NCBI RefSeq assembly: GCF_001194135.2
Contig: NC_069002.1
Location: 13,701,580-13,765,579, forward strand
Reading direction: 5' to 3'
Origin: Octopus bimaculoides
Taxonomy: Eukaryota
Length of the DNA stretch: 64,000 bases
Shown: positions 53,050 through 64,000 of the stretch, one piece after another
How the letters are laid out: every line of letters begins with the position of its first letter
Numbering within the stretch: the stretch's first letter is position 1
Notes under the pieces: generated by a model
What the model was told of the DNA's origin: nothing
What the model saw: only the letters and a program-made list of their open reading frames with translations
Database searches by the model: none
Position numbers and translations under genes: made by a program

Positions 53050-53590
53050 AAGTAAATGGCTGCAGAAAGAGAAATTATGTGTGGTATCTGGGAAGAACAC
53101 AATACGGGTGATGAAAAGTGGAGAAAAACGGATATATTAGGGGTGGCTGAGTTGAGATGGCATGAGATCAGCCAACTCAGAAGCAGATACGACTGTAGAA
53201 GCGGTAAAAGATAGGATAAAGTACGTCCTTTAGGTTGAAAGAGGAAAATACGAGCTGCTTGCAGAGTTTGTGTGCAGCAGCAATGTGTGGGGAAAACTGA
53301 ACCAGGGGCCGGAATAAATATTGCAGCGAGAGATCCCTAATGTTGACTCTCAATCGTTGGGTCGATCTCTGTACAGTTGATCATATTTCTTTACATAGGT
53401 ACTGATCTTTGGATCTATAGTGGAGGGGTGGATAAAGAAGAGTCTGATGTTTAGACATTTCCAAAATATATCAGCAATGACTGAGAGACGAGATATTCTC
53501 TACTTGTTGGAATGGGAAAAAATCCTCTCTTACGTCTTTCAAACATACTCCTGTGTCAGTTACTTTCGATTAACGGGGAATGGATAACTC
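53050..53590 (-). mobile_element. Degenerate CR1/L2-like LINE 3' fragment
   Basis: FYRFYSRIC..ELADLMP-like C-terminus; shares TCCCTAATGTTGACTC with the 8500-8760 region. Confidence 0.4.
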
Positions 53591-54890
53591 TAAACGTTAA
53601 CTTTAAATTCAAATAGTTATCGCTACCGTACTTCACAACTTCAACATTAACAACGATAACAATAACATTTTAACAAGTATGACAATAGTAACAACAGCCA
53701 CTGGAGATTGAACAACATTTATATAATCTCATTAATATTTATCTCCCAAAGGAGTATAATTAACAGTTGAAGTCAGTCAGTATCTTCGCGTTACACGTCA
53801 TCTCAGATAACGACAATTAAGATGAATACATTCATTTAATATGTAAACAACAATTATCACCACCACCACCCATCTACCGCTCACCACCTTCATCATCATC
53901 GTCATTTCCATTACCGACCACTTTTATTTTTATCTTCCTACAAACGCCACTAAACATAAGATAATCTAATCCTAGAAACAGTGTTTGAATATATGTGTGT
54001 GTGTGTGTAAACAGGATACCGGATGGCATATGAGACTAGGTGTGCACGATCGGAATTGATCTGGGGCCAAAGAACAACAGCAACAAGAATCAACGGTCAG
54101 ATGTTCATAAGACAAACAACTAATCACATATCTCCTAAAGATAAAAAGGTTATCAACACTTGATTTTAATTATTTCTTTGAGAGTTTGTGTGAGGTGAAA
54201 TGACGAAAACAAAGTAAAATATTTAAGAGAGAGAGAGAGAGAGAGATATTACTTCTCTTCACGTGTTTGCTCTTGACATAAAACCTTGTGTTAGAAATAA
54301 TTGTTTTAAAATTAATATGTTCGAGTCGTCAAAAGTTACCCAATGAAAGTTGATAATTAGAAGATCAGGAAATGATTTTTTTTCTGCTTGGCTGCACCTG
54401 TGGGAAATTTTGAAATTTGGTGTATTAATGTAATTTTCCACGCTGAATTTCAGGAGATAATTCACTTTTTCCAGAAATTTTTTTTTTTAAAGTTATAGAG
54501 GTTTAAGGTTTGATCACTTTTACCAAGTCAAAACAGGATTTAGAAGTTGTTATTTTATTTAAAAAAAAATTTTTTTTGCGCGACATCACGTGTTGTCAAC
54601 TGTAAAGAAATGAAATATTGGCGGTATGCTGCTTTACGCACGCCATATAACTCCATTTTCAGGCACAGGAAGAAACTACAATTATGCTGTTATCGAGCAG
54701 TCACTAAGAGAGCCACAGCACCCTGCATTAGGTGGCTGCAGATGTTTAAGCCAAAGTCAGCTCTAATTGTACAAATCTTATTATCAAAGACATTCCAGTA
54801 GTGACCATTGCGTCTTTTTCCTGTATACAAAATATAATAATGATAATAATAATAACAATAATAATAATAATAATAATTATTATTATTATT

Positions 54891-55255
54891 GCCTTTGCAC
54901 AGCTTCTAACGCTGGAGATGTACTACGGTGTCAGCTGTTCACTACCAGTGAACTAAAGTAACACCCTTTATTTTTCGAGCACCATCCGGAGTATTTGAGC
55001 GGTTCCAAGCAGTGCTGTTTTCTGCAAGTGCTCCACCCTTATTGCAGCCCCTATTTGTTCCATGTCATCTACCAGGCTGCTCAGGTAGTAACACTCCATG
55101 ACCACAGCATTAATTTGCTTGCTGCATCTATGCTGTGTGTGGTGGTCCCTTTCTGGATATCGACAGGCTGGAGCCGGACCAGGATCTCTGAGCCTGCCGG
55201 GTGCAACACTGTCACCATCATTGGCTTCAGTTTCATTACCACTGTTATTCACAAT
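54891..55255 (-). mobile_element. R4/Dong-like non-LTR 3' end
   Basis: IGAAIRVEHLQKTALLGTAQILRMVLEK*; ends in a (TAA)n tract. Confidence 0.6.
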
Positions 55256-55444
55256 ATTTTGTTTTTTTCATTTCCACTCATATGAGATAGCGATTATCAG
55301 GTTGCGCAATTACCAGTGTTTTTATTGTGACACCATCACTAGATGTATCATTAATCAGTTCATGGGAGCTTCACCCGTTTCCTTTCATTATTATTATTAT
55401 TATCATCACTGATATCATTGATATTATTATTATTATTATTTTAA

Positions 55445-55628
55445 TAATCCTTTCTACTATAGGCAGAAGGCCTGAAACTTCCGGGAAGGAGATAGTCGAT
55501 TACACCAATCGTAGTGTTTCACTGGTACTTAAATTATCGACCTCGAAAAGATGAAAGGCAAAGTAGACCTCGGCGGAATTTGGACCCAGAACGTAGCGGC
55601 GGGCGAAATAGCGCTAAGCATTTCGTCC
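55445..55628 (-). mobile_element. SINE family A copy
   Basis: Reverse complement of the family A body. Confidence 0.68.
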
Positions 55629-55643
55629 AGTAATAATAATAAT

Positions 55644-56037
55644 AGGTGGTATAAACATGTGCCAAACGAGGTACAAAACAACGATATGCCGGTTCAAACC
55701 GACAAAGAAATAAAAGCTAATCACCCAGATATGATAGTCAAGGACTGGGGAAAAACCACATGCTTATTGATCGACATTGTAATCCTTTCTGATCAAAATA
55801 TTGTCCAAAAAGAAGTGGAGAAATTGTCAAAGTACAAAGACCTCGAAATTGAAGTATTCAAGATGTGGGACATGGAGGTAAAAACAATACCAATAATAAT
55901 TGGAGCATTGGGCATAATAAAAAACACATGAACAAAAACGTAGAAGGCCTATCTGGATCCTTAACACTACACCCTATCCAAAACATAGCCCTGCTAAGAG
56001 CAGCCCACATCCTGCGCAAGACATTATCAATTCAATA
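55644..56037 (+). mobile_element. R4/Dong-like non-LTR fragment, restriction-like endonuclease domain
   Basis: HPDMIVKD...LLIDIV...KEVEKLSKYKDLEIE...IIIGALG...ALLRAAHILRKTL. Confidence 0.75.
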
Positions 56038-57224
56038 ATACAACCTAAACAAAACAACCCACAAACACAAGACATACTCTATACAGTAATTTATCCAGTG
56101 AAATAAACTTCCACCAGCAATCCGTTAAACCATCGCATTGCACACTCAACATCCAATACAAGCAGTAACACAACAAAAGACTATATCATGCCTCAAGAGA
56201 AAAAAAAAAAAACTAACGCAATACAATACTGGGAAGAGTTTGTACACTCCCAACAACAAAAAAGAACACAGTGCTGCCTACACCCTCGACANNNNNNNNN
56301 NNNNNNNNNNNNNNNNNNNNNNNNNNNNNNNNNNNNNNNNNNNNNNNNNNNNNNNNNNNNNNNNNNNNNNNNNNNNNNNNNNNNNNNNNNNNNNNNNNNN
56401 NNNNNNNNNNNNNNNNNNNNNNNNNNNNNNNNNNNNNNNNNNNNNNNNNNNNNNNNNNNNNNNNNNNNNNNNNNNNNNNNNNNNNNNNNNNNNNNNNNNN
56501 NNNNNNNNNNNNNNNNNNNNNNNNNNNNNNNNNNNNNNNNNNNNNNNNNNNNNNNNNNNNNNNNNNNNNNNNNNNNNNNNNNNNNNNNNNNNNNNNNNNN
56601 NNNNNNNNNNNNNNNNNNNNNNNNNNNNNNNNNNNNNNNNNNNNNNNNNNNNNNNNNNNNNNNNNNNNCAAAAACAAAAAGTTAGCGTATTAATATTACT
56701 GATATTGTACACTCCCAACAACAAAAAAGAACACAGTGCTGCCTACACCCTCGACAACACAGAGATGTAGCAGGTGATGCCGTAGAAATTTGTCTCAAAC
56801 TAGCAAATGTGAACAATTATAAAATGATGATAATAATAATAATAATGATTTCTTTTAGTTGTCATCAGGGCGAAACATTTAAAAGCACAAAACGAACGCC
56901 GTCACCACTCACTGTCTCTCTCTCTTTCTCTCTCACTCTCCCTTTCTCACTTGTTCTCTTACTTCTTCTCTGTCCTCCTCTCTCTCTCTCTCTCGCTTTG
57001 CCACTTCTTTGAAGTGTGACGCACACAACAGGTACGTACAAAAACAAAAAGTTAGCGTATTAATATTACTGATATTAATAAAAATGGTTTGGTAAGACTG
57101 ACGGGTCAGTCTACTATAGTCACTGCATCATCCTCCCTCAATTCGCCCTACAAAGATTTTAGCATTCCAATAAATAATAAATAAATGAAAAATATGACGG
57201 CGATTGTCTGCTGGTATCTGTGTG

Positions 57225-57480
57225 CGTGTGTGTGTGTGTGCATGTAACTGTATGAGATTGTGTGTTTCAGTGTTTGTGTATGTACGCGTAACTGTATGTG
57301 TTTGTGTGTGCGTGTAACTGTATGAGACTGTGTACGCGCGTGCGCACCTGTGATTGCGTGTGTGCACATAACTGTATGAAACTATGCGCACGCGCGCGTA
57401 CCTGTATGAGACTGTGTGTTTTTAGGTGCGCCGTGTAACTGTGTGAGACTCTGTGTGTTTGTGTATGAAATATTAACTGA
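57225..57480. repeat. Degenerate minisatellite with core TAACTGTATGAGACTGTGT
   Basis: Core recurs about 6 times among TG/CG runs. Confidence 0.55.
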
Positions 57481-58239
57481 ATGTGTATGTTGGTATCTGA
57501 ATATTCAACATACAGATTGCGTATGGAATGTCTGCTGATATCTGTGAGTGTGCGAATTGCTATCTGTGTACGTTTGTGTAACAATATCAAACTATAATTG
57601 TCAGCTGATATGTGCATATGTGTGTGTTTATATATGTAAACATGCGAGTATGTGTACGTAACAATATGTGACTGTGTTCGAGTGTGTATGCTCGTATGTC
57701 GTTATCTGTATGTTTGTGTAATAATAGGAAATTATGCAATTGTCAGCTGGCATCCGCTGGCGCGTGGCTTAGAGGTTAGGCTATTCGGCTCACAATCGTG
57801 AGTTCGAAAACTAGCGGCGCGTTGTTACACGGTACTCCTCCAGTGCACTCAGCTGGCAAAAGTGAGTTGTACCTGTAATTCACAAGGGTCAGTCTTGTAA
57901 ATAAATAAAAATCAAATTATCCATTGAATTGCTTTTTAAGATTGTGTGTGTGTGGGTGATTTAAGGAAGATTTAACTGCAATTTGTGACAGATAGAGAAA
58001 CTATTATAGCCCTACTCCTCATTTCCCTCACTGGTTCTGGGGTATTTCGCGGGGCGAGGTTTTCTGCAACAATAAACTGTGCTTCTCACATAGCCAGGTA
58101 TAATTTTGCTTCGTTGAGCAGGTGATATATGGGAATGACCTGAATACATTCGATAATGATACGCAGTACACTGCTGTGTTTTTTTTTTTATAGTGTACTT
58201 GGAAATGCTGCATAAAGGTCGATGACCTAGGTAAAAACT

Positions 58240-58655
58240 GGCATACTTTCTGATGGATCTAATGTATTACTTGTACATTATTGTTGTCGTTTATTTCACT
58301 TGGTTCTCTCTTTCTCCGACTATTCAAAACAAACTCTATTATTTTTATATTGTAGAAACGATTAGGTCCCGACAACTCGAATCCTTGACATTGGCTCGAT
58401 TTCTCGAACTCCTTCTCGCACTTTTTGCCGCTAATATCTTTGAGAAAGGTAGGAAGACGATACAGTTTCGTTTCACACAAGAATAAATTGATTTTGATCG
58501 TGATATTAAAAAAAAAATCATTATTAAATATCACATTATTATTACTATTACTTTTGTTATTTTATAGCATATCTAATCAGCATAACAACCACAGCGGCAC
58601 ATGTTTTATTGTCTGTTTGATGATATAAGCGACTTAAGGTGCGCTGAAGTAAAAC
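58240..58655 (+). promoter_or_regulatory. Putative OGG1 promoter / 5'UTR region
   Basis: CpG-retaining unique sequence directly upstream of the ATG; possible UTR exon near 58356-58449 (tgtag|AAACG...AAAG|gtagga). Confidence 0.3.
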
Positions 58656-58738
58656 ATGGCTAGACAGTGGCATCGCCTACCTTGTACTCGCCTCGAAGTG
58701 CAGTTGGATATTGTTTTAAGTTGCGGACAGTCATTCAG
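58656..58738 (+). CDS. OGG1: OGG1 coding exon 1
   Basis: MARQWHRLPCTRLEVQLDIVLSCGQSF + AG|gtagta; not in the ORF track. Confidence 0.9.
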
Positions 58739-61700
58739 GTAGTAAGCCAAGTGGTTTATAACTCTTAACGTAAATAGGGAAAGAGAGATAAGGATAGCAA
58801 AGATAAGTTTCCTTGTGCAGGTTTCCTCGTGCATTAAACACGTGTCAAGGTAGATAACTCCAAGGGTTAAAAGTAAACTTGAATATGTTGCTTCCACAAT
58901 CAGGTTACCAAACCAAACCAAACGGGAGTTATTTTTACTTGAGAAAAACCAATGCAGTTATATTTATAGATCAGATAAACAAAAATACCCATTCACATGC
59001 AGCATAAACTTATAATCATGACTGTATTAAATATTGATTTACATTAAATATTCCCGATAGAGTAAAAGTTTCTCTGGCGGTTAAACTGTGCAGTACTTCT
59101 ATATGTATACGTGTGTCTCTGTAATCGGTTGAGCATCTAAACTTGTATTTAGTTGCTGTTCAGTCCAACTTATCACTGATCAAGCAGACACATGATCAAG
59201 GACGTTCTAAGCGTGGAAAACTACATTATTTAATGTAGCCTTCCTTTAATTATTTAATGTAGCCTTCTTTCTTCCAAGACGACATAGCTACAGTTTGATC
59301 CCCCTATCTTGACTTTGTTTCCTCATAACATACTTAAAAACACGTATTTTTAAAGCAGAATCTTGCAGAGATGCTTTCGGTGGTGTAGACTACAATTTTT
59401 TCTTTAAAATCCTACGTTTTCACAGTTGGGAGAGAGGTTTCGAACGCATATTTTTGAAAACTTAAATTTTGTTTTATCGACGCAGTCGTAATCTGCATCA
59501 CCGAAAGGTGTCTGTGAAAAATTTCAATAAAAGATTTTCCATTTATGAGAAAGTCATGAGGAAGCAACATCGTTGGTGATACCAAACTGTAGTATAATCC
59601 TAAAGAGCACCACCTTGAAGGTTTAGTTAAATCAATCAATCTCATTATCTTTGTCGTAATGTCTGGTACTTGTTCTATGGGTCTCTTCTGCCAAACCGCT
59701 AGATTACAGGGACGTAAACTAGCACGGGCTTGTCAGGCGGTGGTGGAGGTCGAACACACACACACACACATATTTAACGGACTTCCACAAAGTTTCTGTC
59801 TATCAAATACAGTGACAAGACATTGGTCAGCCCAGGGCTATAGTAGAAGACACTTGCCTCCCCAGGTCATTAAAATACTGAGCCAATGTATATAAATGTA
59901 TATACGAGAGGGTGCTGAAAAGTTACTGACTTTAAGGGTATTACGAAAGGCCTGGTTGGAGGCCCAACCTGAGTTCTTTTACAGGGCTCAGAAGAATTGA
60001 AGGATTTGCTGCAATAAGTGTGTGAATCTGAGAGGCAAATATGTTAAATAAAATCATAATTAACTGATTCTCCTGTATTTTTTTGTTACCCAAAGCCAGG
60101 AACTTTTTAACACCCCCTTGTATGTGTGTGTGTGTAATTATTATTATTTTCCTTTTGTTTCTTTTCCCCTATGTAGATGGAGCAAAACAAGTCCTTCTAC
60201 ATGGACCGGAGTATTTGCCAGCAGACTATGGCACCTTAAACAAGAAGAAGACAACATAATGTACCAAGTATCGAGTGGAAACCAAAACGACTGCGAGCAA
60301 GAATTAAGGAATTATTTTCAACTCCACATTAGTGTGAAAGACTTGTATGAAAAATGGCGTTTAACTGATCCTGTGTTCTGCAAAACAGTTGGAACGAAAT
60401 TCCAAGGGATACGTGTACTACGACAGGATCCTGTGGAAAATCTGTTCTCTTTCATTTGTTCATCAAATAACAACATAGAACGAATAACTTTAATGATTGA
60501 TAAACTCTGCTGTCATTATGGAGAGGAAATTGGCAGTTTTGAAGGGAAAACCTATTATAACTTCCCCACTGTGGATGCAATGTCTGTGTGTGGTGTTGAA
60601 GAAAAGTTAAAGGAACTTGGTTTTGGTTATCGAGCTGGTTATATCAGTAAAAGTGCTAAATATATTGCTTCTTTGGAAAATGGTGTCAACTGGTTATATA
60701 ACCTTCGTAATGTGTCATATGAGAATGCTAAAGAAGAACTTCAAAAATTAACAGGAGTTGGTGCCAAGGTAATTACAATCATTTTTTTTCTTTCCCTTTC
60801 TCTTTTGTTGTATTTGAGCTATCCAGAGAACTGCTGATGGTTAAGTTCAGATCTCTGAATTCAAATCTTTCATCCCTTCAAAGGCAGATTAGTGGTATTA
60901 TTATCAGAACATCAGATTAGACATCTCATAGTGTTTGATCCAGCTCTTTGCTTTGAAGTTCATGGGTAGTAGAATTAATCCATTGCCCAGCTTAATACTG
61001 CCACCTGATTCTTTGGTACTTTTAGTGGAATTCACTCTGTTACAAGATTTTGAGCCAAATCTCCAGTTTGAGGATAACTGCCTCCCTTTCTCTACACCAG
61101 TCTTTGAGGCTCTGCAAGAATAAAAGTGTCAGGGTACTGACCTTCCCCTCTGGCTAAGAGGCAAAGTCAAAAATTCATTTTCCTGCCAATAAAAACTGGA
61201 GTTTATCATTGTTCCTATGAAGTCTTTTGATTCAGAAAGGATGAAGTTTCTCGTATAATTCATATTTGTTCTATAGCTTAATCATTGGATGAAGGGCTGC
61301 ACCTATTAACCTCTTGTTTGGCTTACAGTCTCCAACATTAATGGGAGGAAGTTAACATCAGACCAGAGACCTTGACCAAATACTTGCAACAGGATGGATT
61401 CTCCTAAAGGCACCCAAGATCCAGGTGGTGGTGCTACTGGTCCACAGATTAAATCTAGACCATCTATTGGTGCAGACAATGGTCACAACAAAGCAGGAAA
61501 AAAATAAAATAGATTAAACATTCACCAAATGGTATTTGAAACCCTCATCTCCTTTTATGTTCTCTGATGTATTTGTTAACCATAAATAAAGCTATGAGCT
61601 GAAATATTTCCAACCAAGGTACCACATAGAAAGCATTGCTACTGGTGTCACATAAAAAGCACTGGTGCCATGTAAAAAGTATTGGTGCCATGCAAAAGGC

Positions 61701-63527
61701 ACCCAATACACTCTGTGAAGTGCTTGGTGTTCGGAAGGGCATCCAGCTGTGGTAACCAAGCTAAAACAGACAATGGAACCTAGTTCAGCCCCCTGGCCTT
61801 GCCAACTCCTGTCAAGTTGTCCAACCCATATCAGCATGGAAAACAGACGTTAAAGGATAATGGTTTCTTTCCCTGCACAATAGGATGTCTTGAGATGTTG
61901 TTCAAGTCTGTTTTGATTTTCTCTTTCTCCCACAGGTTGCTGACTGCATATGTCTAATGTCTCTGGACAAAACTGGTGCCATTCCAGTGGATACCCATGT
62001 TTTACAAATCACTAGTCGAGATTATTTGCCAAAACTTCAAGGGAAAAAAACACTTTCCACGAAAAGCTGCAATGAAATAGGTTCGTTCATTATTTTACTT
62101 GTTCATTGGGGTGATATCTATATTGTGTGTGATAGTGGTGTGTTGTTATAAAGGCTCACATAGAAATTAATGTCATATTATGTTAGAAGATAGTAGTTCA
62201 GACATCCACAACACTCACAGTAAACTATACAATTGTATACTGTGTAAATTTGATTAAATCTTTATATGCGGTAGATGTGTGTGTGTGAGAGATAGAGAGA
62301 GTGGGGAGAGAGAGAACATGCATAAGTGTCACAAGTATGTTCAAAGAAAAGAGAAAAATATTAAACTGATTAAAGTAAAACAGATGTAAATACATCTTGT
62401 TATTCTCTTGATACACAAAAATAAGGAGATTATCCTCACGTGTTTCATGAATGATTGGCTACTTCTTGGAAGATTAAAAGCTCCTCAGAGGATAAAGTAC
62501 TCCTCATTCCTCTATCTCTGAAGAGAAGTGAATAACAAATAGTATTTAACTCAAACTACAAATTTGGAAGTAACTGAAATAGAAAAACTAATTTACATAT
62601 CATGCAGTTGTCAGTGGTATGATTAATTAATAAACGATTATTTTTCATTTAGCTATTTCAGGTACATCTTAATTTGTAATGTGTTTTTTAAACTATGCAC
62701 TGTTGTAATGAAGTAGTATGATGTAATTTGATCTGCAGGTATGCAGTGAATGGTGCATTTTCATTTATGTACACCCTATAGGTGCAGACATGGCTGTATG
62801 ATAAGAAGCTTGCTTCCCAACCACATGGTTCCGGGTTCAGTCCCACTGTGTGACACCTTGGGCAAATGTCTTCTACTATAACCTCAGGTCAACCAAAACC
62901 TTGTGAGTGGATTTGGTAGATGGAAACTGAAAGAAGACCATCCTGTCTATCTATCTATATATGTATGTATGTGTGTCTTTGTGTCTGTGTTTGCCCCCCT
63001 TCCACCACTTGACAACTGGTGCTGGTGTGTTTACATCCCTGTAACTTAGTGGTTCCACAAAAAGAGACCAATAGAATAAGTACAAGGCTTAAAAAATAAG
63101 TCCTGGAGTTGATTTGTTTGACTAAAACCCTTCAAAACAGTGCCCCAGCATGGCCGCAGTCAAATGACTGAAACAAGTAAAAGATACTGCATCAATCTCA
63201 TGTAAGGATCTTACTTTTCGTTGTTTCATTCAAACTCTACAGGATGACAAAATGGCAGAAACATTCTATGTTCAAATCCTGCCAAAGTCAGCTTTGTTGT
63301 TAACTTCCAAGCTTGAAAAAATAAAGTACCAGCCAAGCACTGGAGTCACTGGTATTATACTAACCCCTCCCCTCAAAATTACTGGCCTTGGGTCTGAATT
63401 AGAAACCACCAGTCAAACTACAAAATCTGTTCTGATATTTGGACCAAGTTTTCCTCTTATATTTTTTCCTCTTTCAGGTGACCATTTTCGAAATATTTGG
63501 GGAGAATATGCTGGATGGGCTCAAGCA
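58656..63527 (+). CDS. OGG1: N-glycosylase/DNA lyase OGG1, 3'-partial; join(58656..58738,60177..60768,61936..62080,63478..63527)
   Basis: Motifs GQSFRW, VLRQDPVENLFSFICSSNNNIERI, LGFGYRA, HhH-GPD LTGVGAKVADCICLMSLDK..IPVDTHV (catalytic Lys and Asp) and WGEYAGWAQA. GT-AG introns in phase. Confidence 0.96.
59905..60120. mobile_element. Mariner MITE in OGG1 intron 1
   Basis: TA|CGAGAGGGTGCTGAAAAGTT ... AACTTTTTAACACCCCCTTG|TA. Confidence 0.78.
60177..60768 (+). CDS. OGG1: OGG1 coding exon 2
   Basis: atgtag|ATGG...GCCAAG|gtaatt; 592 nt, phase 2 to 0. Confidence 0.95.
61936..62080 (+). CDS. OGG1: OGG1 coding exon 3
   Basis: ccacag|GTTGCT...ATAG|gttcgt; VADCICLMSLDKTGAIPVDTHV... Confidence 0.93.
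62780..63185 (+). mobile_element. SINE family B, full length, in an OGG1 intron
   Basis: Head, linker and tail present; CpG sites decayed. Confidence 0.78.
63478..63527 (+). CDS. OGG1: OGG1 coding exon 4
   Basis: ctttcag|GTGAC...CAAGCA|gtaaga; GDHFRNIWGEYAGWAQA. Confidence 0.92.
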
Positions 63528-63689
63528 GTAAGATTTTTATTTTTTTCTGAGTGCCATCTTTTTCCATTGTCTTTTAAAATTCCTCCAGAACCACCTTTGC
63601 CTTCAATTCCTCTTGGTTCATCAAAAAGAAACATCACTGAAATATTGGGGGTTAATTAAACTACCTACACCCTCTGCCACCTCCTAAAA

Positions 63690-64000
63690 ACTGGAACTCT
63701 GTTGGTTATGACAATGAGGGTTCCAGCTGATCCGATTAATGGACCGGCCTACTTGTGAAATTAACATGCAAGTGGCTGAACACTCCACAGTTATGTGTAC
63801 TGTTAATATAGATCTTGAGAAGATTCAGTTTGACACAGAGTGTGACAAGGCTGACCCCTTTCAAATACAGGTACGACTCAGTTTTACCATCTGAGAGGAC
63901 TGAAGTAATGTGGAATAAAGTGTCTTACTCAAGGACACAATGTGCTGCTGGGAATTGAACTCATGACCTTACAATCATGAACCGAATACCCTTAGCCACT
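63690..64000 (-). mobile_element. tRNA-derived SINE family C copy, runs off the window
   Basis: Reverse complement of the family C body. Confidence 0.72.

Noticed and set aside
56240-57077. Direct repeats 56240-56291/56707-56758 and 56669-56706/57040-57077
   Set aside because: Adjacent to a large N gap; probably an assembly artefact and not assessable here.

Overview
AT-rich, microsatellite- and SINE-dense eukaryotic scaffold with many N gaps. The repeat families suggest an octopus genome; this is an inference. Two spliced protein-coding genes were reconstructed by hand from splice sites and reading phase. (1) Minus strand, about 25.5 kb to beyond position 1: 12 coding exons giving at least 491 aa with the architecture EGF-like domain, 7 TM helices, C4HC3 RING-CH zinc finger, 2 further TM helices. 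This looks like a receptor-like membrane E3 ubiquitin ligase, and its RING exons are absent from the ORF track. (2) Plus strand, 58.66 kb to beyond 64 kb: OGG1 (8-oxoguanine DNA glycosylase), 4 exons in the window. The roughly 30 kb between the genes, and the introns, hold tRNA-derived SINEs, RTE, R4/Dong-like and CR1-like LINE remnants, mariner/Tc1 remnants, a hAT MITE nested in an RTE LINE, Helitron remnants and several long fold-back structures. No CRISPR array, rRNA or true tRNA gene was found. Most long ORFs in the track are N-gap or microsatellite artefacts. Repeat boundaries are approximate unless TIRs or TSDs are given.
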